Below, in pieces: positions 34,301 to 43,300 of a DNA stretch of 64,000 nt. Origin of the DNA: Laetmonice hystrix. Lineage: Eukaryota. A program made the position numbers and the translations under genes. Below the pieces are notes generated by a model. That model searched no databases and had not been told where the DNA came from. It saw only the letters and a list, made by a program, of their open reading frames with translations. Location: assembly GCA_965235115.1 (NCBI GenBank), contig OZ249439.1:13764001-13828000 (forward strand), given 5' to 3'. Every line of letters begins with the position of its first letter. The first letter of the stretch is position 1.

Positions 34301-37300
34301 CTGACTCTACACCACAGAAACAAACACGCTCAACCACAGTCAACCAGGTCTCACCAAATGTTATCACTGACTACACCACAGAAACAAACACGCTCAATCA
34401 CAGTCAACCTGGTCTCACCAAATGTTATCACTGACTCTACACCACAGAAACAAACACGCTCAATCACAGTCAACCGGGTCTCACCAAATGTTATCGCTGA
34501 CTCTACACCACAGAAACAAACACGCTCAACCACAGTCAACTGGGTCTCACCAAATGTTATCACTGACTCTACACCACAGAAACAAACACGCTCAATCACA
34601 GTCAACTGGGTCTCACCAAATGTTATCGCTGACTCTACACCACAGAAACAAACACGCCCAATCACAGTCAACATGGTCTCACCAAATGTTATCGCTGACT
34701 CTACCATGTGCAGAAACAAACACGCTCAACCACAGTCAACTGGGTCTCACCAAATGTTATCGCTGACTCTACACCACAGAAACAAACACGCTCAACCACA
34801 GTCAACTGGGTCTCACCAAATGTTATCGCTGACTCTACACCACAGAAGCAAACACGCTCAATCACAGTCAACTGGGTCTCACCAAATGTTATCGCTGACT
34901 CTACACCACAGAAACAAACACGCTCCCCTTAATGTCTTCTCAATATTCCGTCAAGGTTAATACAGAATAATGTCCTTCAGTTATAACGTGGAACTACATA
35001 TTAACCATAGAACTATCATAAATCCTGGATTTTTGTGGGCTCTAGAGACTTAGCTCAGAATATTTTGCTCAAGGATAGATGAAGTAGCTCACTGTTTACA
35101 TCTCGGTCTAATCTGTAATCTGACCACCAGTGTTATATAAAAACATCCTTCTGAGTGCTATCTCTGATCATAAATGAAACCGTACTAAGACACGTTCCCA
35201 TCTCTATTGTTCGGTGTAATAGGAGATGAATAATTGATGACATTTAAGACGAAGAAGGCGAAGAATTAGTAGAAATGTTATATGTGATGATACCTACTGT
35301 CTGCTGAGTCAGTGATTGTAATGGTAGCTCGAGTCCGCTGACCGAGACTTGCTCCACCAGGGGCGCTGCTGTCTGGTGATCCCAACACCAGGTGGAGCTG
35401 CTCATCGTCCTCGTGGATGCCGTCGGCCGTCACCTCCACCACACACTTGGCTTCTCTCTGGCCTAGCGACAAATATATTAAATCTATAATATTGTTAAGG
35501 TACCAACAATGTACAGGATTAAGGCTAACCGCTTCACACTTTCTGGTTGGATCCCGGGGTAATCAAAGTAGGCCTAAGTACTAGAAACACACGGGCCAGA
35601 TGTAGATCTAGGCCCTGCGGCCCGACTATAGTTAGCTGTTTTCTGACTGGGTCTTAGAAAACACCGGGTAGGTCTAGTTGCTATAATATCAGTAGTTCAT
35701 AGGCCTATCCAAACTGAAGCATCTTAATGAGTCTACAATAGAGGTCTAGGCCTCAGGCCTTTAGGGGCCTTTTAGGCCTATGGGATATTGTAGGCCCAGG
35801 CTTAGGGACTAGTATCTAGGCCCTTCTTCAGTCACTTAACCAAAGTCGGTTAACAAAATGGTATGAGGAGGCTGACCTGGCTGGAAGAAGACCCGTGATT
35901 GGTCGGTATCCGGACGCTCTGTGAAGTCGGCACTGACGGTGGCAGACCCCTGGCGGGTAAAACAACGAACTGAAGACCGGAAACCGAGGTCACCCCGCCT
36001 GACCACCACAGCCGCTAGGTGGCCGTCCACCTCACTCACCACGTACGAGTCGTCCCGGAACTCCATCTGCGGCACTGTCAAAACCAACCACTGATTCCTT
36101 GGGAATCGATATGAAAAATACTCTGGGTATCTTAGGGCAAGGCATGGGGTATACTTTCCTCAGAGACTTTTGTAGAACCAGAATCCAATCAGAACCATCC
36201 AATCAGAATGCAATCAGAACCATCCAATCAGAATCAATAAGCCGGATTTTGAATACTTAGATTTGGCACTTTTTGCAAACTAAAAGCCGAGCGTTAGTGT
36301 GCAGGATTTCAGAAACTATAACATTAGAAACTTACAGTCGGAAGAGGAGTCATTGATGACGATGGTAGCGAGGCTGGGATTACCCAGGCTAGCGTTCATG
36401 GGCATGGTGAGCACTAACTCCAGACTCTTCACCCCCTCCAGGGTGACAACCCCGACGTCATCCAGTACAGATACAACCACTTGTCTGACCTGCTCCTGGG
36501 ACTCGAACCGAACCGTCTGATGAACACCCACGTAGTCGAGTCCAACTGGTCCCGACAACACAATCAACACTACTTAGCACGTGTATTTCATAACACCATC
36601 AATACGTAGACATAGGCCTAATATTCATGAAAGTCTGATTTTATAGAAGTGAGCATTAACTGCAAATGATCAACTACACACTGTTATATTTGTAATGTTT
36701 CTTGGAAACGGTAGACTGATACCTTTCCAATATATTTGATATAACAGCACATTTAAAGATCAAATATATCAAATTGAACCAATCCCCCCCCCGCCATTTC
36801 ATCGAATTAGGGAGTCCTCAGTCCAAAAAGGTAGCCTCTAAATGTCTCCTACCTTGGGCTGAGGTTGGCTGTCCCGGTCGTGACCTTACAGTGACACTCG
36901 CCGTGTGCTGAAGGTCAGTGCCTGACCTCCAAATCATAACCTTCACCTCTCTGCTACTCTCGTCCACGTGGTAGGAAGATTCTCCAAAGTAAATGACGGG
37001 TTCTGAAGACAACAAAAACATCGTATCTCCAAAGGTCACATTCAATGACAAGTAATACTTATACAAAAACTCTCATAAAATGTTACATCTCTTTGGAATA
37101 ATTTTATTGTAGACGTATAACAATGACACTCGTCGCTGATAATTCTGCCTTCAGAAAACACTCCCTGGTAAAATACAAGCTTTAAGGTTAATAATTATGT
37201 AGGAGTAAATTATTTGAGTCTTGTGGCCGAGAGGGAAACGTATTCCAATAAAAAGGGGAATTCTGAATCAAAGGGGTTGTGCCTTGTGGACTAACCAAGA

Positions 37301-40300
37301 ACTTAACAGGGGAGGATGCATGAAGGCAGTTACTTTATCATGGAAGACTGGGATTGTAACTCGATTTGATGACTTGGTTAATTGCTTGTTCATAAGTTTA
37401 AGATGCGCACTTAATTTATTTTCCTTTTAGATCAAATGATAGCCGTAGGCAATGGCAGCACCTAGTTTAAAATCAAAGTGAAAACAATATCTTAGAAGAC
37501 TAAAGTTATTTAGCTCTGATGGAATTTAAAATCTAGATTTTTGCAAGGCTAACATAATTGTGTTGGGGGTTTCCTCAGGATTTATGAGTTTATTCTAAAT
37601 TTTTGTCACAGGACATGAAATGCTTCACTGCGACTTAAAACTAATATTCATGTATTATTAATTAGAGGATGCTGCGCCCATTAAAACATTACATCGGTAT
37701 TAATCTCGGGAAACAAACGTAAATTGAACATGATGCCGCAGGTATCATGAAGAGTAATAATTACAGATGATTTATAAAAACAGACATACAGAGAACAAAC
37801 AATGTGCTGATAACCATCGTCCTGCTCTTACAGCACCATTCAAATATCGCTTTCTCTGGGACAGTCATGAAGCTAGGTCAGACGTAAAGTGTTTGCTGTC
37901 AGATACTGGAACATTGGCTCTAGCTGGCCGAGAGTTAACAACCCACAAAGCAACACGCCACAATCTCAGGAAGTGTCTCCTTAAATATTCCCATAAAACC
38001 CTAAGTGGCAGTGACGGTTCAACATCACAGATGGCTGCAACAGTCTGGTGACAGGCCCAGAATATATATGGCCCCTACACGGTGTCCTATCGGCGGCCGG
38101 CCATTACGACAGAGGAGACAATGAAGCTTTCCAGGCCTTAATCTTGATGGCAGATTGTTCCTTTCAGGGGTATTCCAGCCGAGTTTAACGGTGGCCATTG
38201 TGTACTGTCGACCCTGAGACGAGCGTGGCTTACTGGGCTGTGACTTCGCCAGCTGATAAGGCCAGCTGAGTGAGGGCTTGTGGGTAATGTCTACGTGACT
38301 TCTGATTGGCTGCCCCTGTCGACACTCGGGCAGCTGTCACGACGCCGGTCGCCGATCGGGTGCGCTACCGGTCCCCATAAAACACACCACCATTTGTTCA
38401 TTCCACATGACCGAATCCAAGTCAAATAACGACAAACTGGAGGGGCCTCCTCCACCACAGTTAAAAGACACGCCAGAGCCTTTCTCAGCTCGTTGGAAAT
38501 AAACTCTATTGCGTCGAAAGAAAATTTAAAAAATGATGCATTCTCATCAGTAATTTAAAAACCGCTAACAGAAAACTGGTTCGTATTTCCTCAATATTCC
38601 ATTTTTATCGTGAGAACACCCATTCACGATCTGTTTTTGTATCTATATTATATTTCAATAATTATGGATCCTTTTGAAAATTGCATATCAGTGTGATGTC
38701 TCGAATAATCAGTGAAAGCAATGAAACCACAGGAGGAGATTCCTGCATGTGTTTTGTTCGATATGAAAGCCACAACTAGGACGGCGGGATGAAATGTATG
38801 ACTTTCTATGGCAAGAAAGAAATTCTCTGTCAACAAAAGATTTCTGGTCAGATTGAAATCAATCAACTCGTTTGTTATTGGGGCCCGAAAAACCCACCGC
38901 GGTAGTTGTCAATCACATTGGTTGTCATGGAAACTTGGAAGTGACATGTAAAACAGGAAATGTCTATTATGATAGCCAAGAGTTGCGTTAAATCCTCCCG
39001 TGCCATATGGTTCCGGCGACAAGGAGACAAGTGGCTGGTCTTGGCGAATGGCGAACCTCCCCCCACCCTCACTCCTTCCTATCATTTCCACCGCGGCAGC
39101 TACTCGCTCGTCCAAGCTCCACCGCTGGCTTTTTACCCACAGCCCTCTTGTCCCCGCCATTTCGCACCAAGTGGATGGGGCCATGTTTCTATGAGTGTAT
39201 ATATTGGAGGCCATGACTGCTTCAAAAGCTGCCAATATCGCCTGTGGAAGGCGTTGAGGAACAGTTGCTGCCATCGTGAGCAGGTACTTCAGCAAGAACA
39301 CGGAATTTGGTTCATGCCAATTTAACGGCACTGAAGTTTGGTCGACAAGCACATCCATATTGCCACCACCTTCCCGCACCCACACCCACACCCACACCCA
39401 CAACCTGGACTGTAAAGGGGACGGTCAACATTGTCAGATGGAGCTCACCGTCTGCCAGGTCAGCAAGGATGACGACCTTGGTGTGGTTCTGTCCCCCGAG
39501 CAGGCCGCCCAACGGTCCGGCCAGGTATACGGTGAACGTTTCGTCTGTCTCGTACAGAGAGTCGTCGATCACAGTCACCGGGCAGGAGGCGGTATGCTGA
39601 CTCTTGTCAAAACGGATGATACTAAAGTGGTCAAAGGGCCGGGTGATGTAGTCCGAGAATGACGTCACCGTGTGTGGAACTGTCCCCACTGCCGTGCCTG
39701 AAGTCAGATTCGATCAGTTGGAGTTAAACCCTGGGGGAGAAATCAGGCAGCCAAATCATGCACACTTAACTTACGTCTAGGCCTGTTTGATAAAAGGTCT
39801 GAAGAACAATGTCGTTTACAAAAGTTATGTCTATGTGTATTAGTGATTTGTTATAACAGACTCTGTCTTAAATTTAAGAATTAGATGAAGTAGAAGTAGT
39901 ATCGACTGTAGAAGTAGTAGGGACTGAAGTAATTTCATAATAATCATGCCATTGTCTGCTCCTCTGCGTTTCCCTTCCATTTTTCATGGGGGCGGGGTGT
40001 TCTACTCTTTCTGCTCTGTATGAAACACGACACTGCTGAACACAGTGACAGCCGACATTGATATGCATCAGGCTGAACTCACCTGGCTTCCCTTCCAAAC
40101 CACCTGCCAACTTGGAACAACAGGCGTATCACAAATGGCTTATAATATGATGCCACACTGGCTGCCCGGTTCGTCTACTACGCCTACGTTCAGGCTACAT
40201 AATACCTCTACTAGAAAATTGCCTTCATCATGGTTCCTCGTAGACAGAAACATGGGACATGGATCTGACATTCTGGTTTGTGCTGTTAGACATTAGGTAT

Positions 40301-43300
40301 GAGACAGAACATAGAGAAAGTTGGCAGACAGTTTTTGTAGATACAGATCATGGTGTCTGTCGTGAATAACACGGTATAATGATTGAAGAACTGCCAGAGG
40401 TGGAAATTGAAGATACCGTTGTGGGTGTGACAGATGACCTGGAGTTCATTACTGACGTCACCAGTCCTAACGAGCGGGATTAGGGCCTCTCCAGTACCCT
40501 CCTCTACCTCCAGTAAACTCACTCCAGTACTGACGACACTCTCTGAAACATACGATTCAGTGACATTCATCCCGATTATCCCATTTCTAAATATCATAAA
40601 ACTAAGTATTTAAATGACTAACTAATATTATCGCTGTAACTGACAGCTATTATTACACCATGATGACGTCACTAACCGTCATGGATGTCATTGATGGTGA
40701 CGGTGGCTGTGTAGGGCACCTCGAGCCCTGCCCTGATTGGCTGGCGTAGTTGCAGCGTGAAGTATTCAGTAGCCTCGTATATTCCGTCCGATATAAGTAC
40801 AACTCTCCAAGCTTTCTCTGTCTCTCCTGCATAAATAAAGCAAAAACAATGCCTGTAAAGGTTAACTGAAGTAAGCTTTGTATGTCGTCTGCAAAACGTA
40901 TTTCTCTTCATTCGCTTCATCCTTTTCTTCACACAACGAATCAGAGCCCCCCCCCCCCAACTGTCTTTACAGGAATTGCAATAAGAAAAGTCAAACATTA
41001 CTATATGGCAAGTTGGTTCAAAGATATGAATGCGTTAAATTGGTTTCACAAATCATACAACGACTCGTATCTTTACTGTCTCCTGAACTGATGCAAATAA
41101 TTATGGGGTTCTACACATAAATCAGAATATTCAATTTACATGAAACATACAGTTCAAACAGCATAAGTAATTTGACATAAAATATATAAATATACTTAAT
41201 TAAACTCTGATATCATTCAATTTATAATACTGAGATCTCTTGCATAACACTTGTAAGTTCTCAGGAACACATTGAGATGCACCGAATAGACCTAGTGGAC
41301 AACTGATTTTAATCAATTTCCACTTCAATTCACACCTCTCCGAATCTAAGTCATCCGGGAAGCGATGGGAATGTAATTTGCCACCTTTATCTAGAGAAGT
41401 GCAGTCGACAATGTATTCAAAAGGCAACTGACTGTGTTACAAAGTGCCGATTGTGTTACATCAGGAAATTTGCGCCTGTCCACTTTCCGGCTTCGTCTTT
41501 TCACACTTGGATTTCATGTGATTATGAAGGTCCGACTGCACATTCCGTCAACATGCCAGTCTCTCAGATTGCCAACTCTGTACGTGCCAGTCTCTCGGAT
41601 TGCCAACTCTGTACGTGCCAGTCTCGCAGATTGCCAACTCTGTACGTGCCAGTCTCTCGGATTGCCAACTCTGTACGTGCCAGTCTCTCGGATTGCCAAC
41701 TCTGTACGTGCCCGTCTCTCAGATTGCCAACTCTGGACGTGCCAGTCTCTCAGATTGCCATCTCTGGACGTGCCAGTCTCTCAGATTGCCAACTCTGGAC
41801 GTGCCAGTCTCTCAGATTGCCAACTCTGTGCCAGTCTCTCAGATTGCCAACTCTGTACGTGCCAGTCTCTCAGAATGCCAACTCTGGACGTGCCAGTCTC
41901 TCAGAATGCCAACTGTGGACGTGCCAGTCTCTCAGTCTGCCAACTCTGTACGTGCCAGTCGCTCAGATTGCCAACTGTAAACGTGCCAGTCTCTCAGACT
42001 GCCAACTCTGTACGTGCCAGTCTCTCAGAATGCCAACTCTGGACGTGCCAGTCTCTCAGAATGCCAACTGTGGACGTGCCAGTCTCTCAGAATGCCAACT
42101 CTGGACGTGCCAGTCTCTCAGTCTGCCAACTCTGTACGTGCCAGTCGCTCAGATTGCCAACTGTAAACGTGCCAGTCTCTCAGACTGCCAACTCTGTACG
42201 TTCCAGTCTCTTGTTATTGTGAGAAATGTTCCGTCACGTCAGCATGTTTCCCCATTGTGACTATACAACAATATTTAAAGGAAGTTAGAAGAAGCAACTT
42301 AACCAGCCGGTTTACTATTGCTCAGAACAGTAGCTCACATGTTCTCTTCGTACTGAATGCATTCCACTCATATACCCCGATACATTATATAGAGCAGTCC
42401 TCTAGCCTGCAACCTAGACGTTCTCCAAGTCGGCGATAATGGCTTCTGTTATCCGCGACCCATTAAAATGTCATGAGCGTTTACCTTGGGGTTTATGACA
42501 CATTATAGATGGTCGAAGTGCCTGCTATATGTATCATATGACGAGTAGCAGTTATAGCTTGACAGAGAGAACGGCACGCAGTCTGAGAGCCTCAGGGGGA
42601 CCTGAGATCGTGACAGAGAGCATGGCACGCAGTCTGAGAGACCCAGGGGGACCTCAGAGATCGTGACAGAGAGCATGGCACGCAGTCTGAGAGCCTCATG
42701 GGGACCTCAGAGATCGTGACAGAGAGAATGGCACGCAGTCTGAGAGCCTCAGGGGGACCTCAGAGATCGTGACGGCACGCAGTCTGAGAGCCTCAGGGGG
42801 ACCTCAGAGATCGGAACGGCACGCAGTCTGAGAGCCTCAGGGGGACCTCAGAGATCGTGACAGAGAGAATGGCACGCAGTCTGAGAGCCTCATCAGGGGG
42901 ACCTCAGAGATCGTGACAGAGAGAAGGGCACGCAGTCTGAGAGCCTCAGGGGGACCTCAGAGATCGTGACAGAGAGCATGGCACGCAGTCTGAGAGCCTC
43001 AGGAGGACTTCAGAGATCGTGACAGAGAGAATGGCACGCAGTCTGAGAGCCTCATGGAGACCTCAGAGATCGTGACAGAGAGCACGGCACGCAGTCTGAG
43101 AGCCTCAGGAGGACCTCAGAGATCGTGACAGAGAGCACGGCACGCAGTCTGAGAGCCTCAGGGGGACCTCAGAGATCGTGACAGAGAGAACGGCACGCAG
43201 TCTGAGAGCCTCAGGAGGACCTCAGAGATCGTGACAGAGAGAATGGCACGCAGTCTGAGAGCCTCAGGGGGACCTCAGAGATCGGAACGGCACGCAGTCT

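Noticed and set aside
34292-34960. Plus-strand 222-aa and related repetitive ORFs
   Set aside because: Antisense readings of the 66-bp acceptor array.
35989-35997. RGD tripeptide in exon 8
   Set aside because: It falls at the conserved R-x-G-D position of the Calx-beta fold (RTGD and RLGD in sister repeats), so it is probably structural rather than an integrin ligand.
41434-42260. 262- and 269-aa Cys-rich repetitive ORFs
   Set aside because: Generated by the 31-bp minisatellite inside a FREM-like intron, on the opposite strand; the unit is not a codon multiple.
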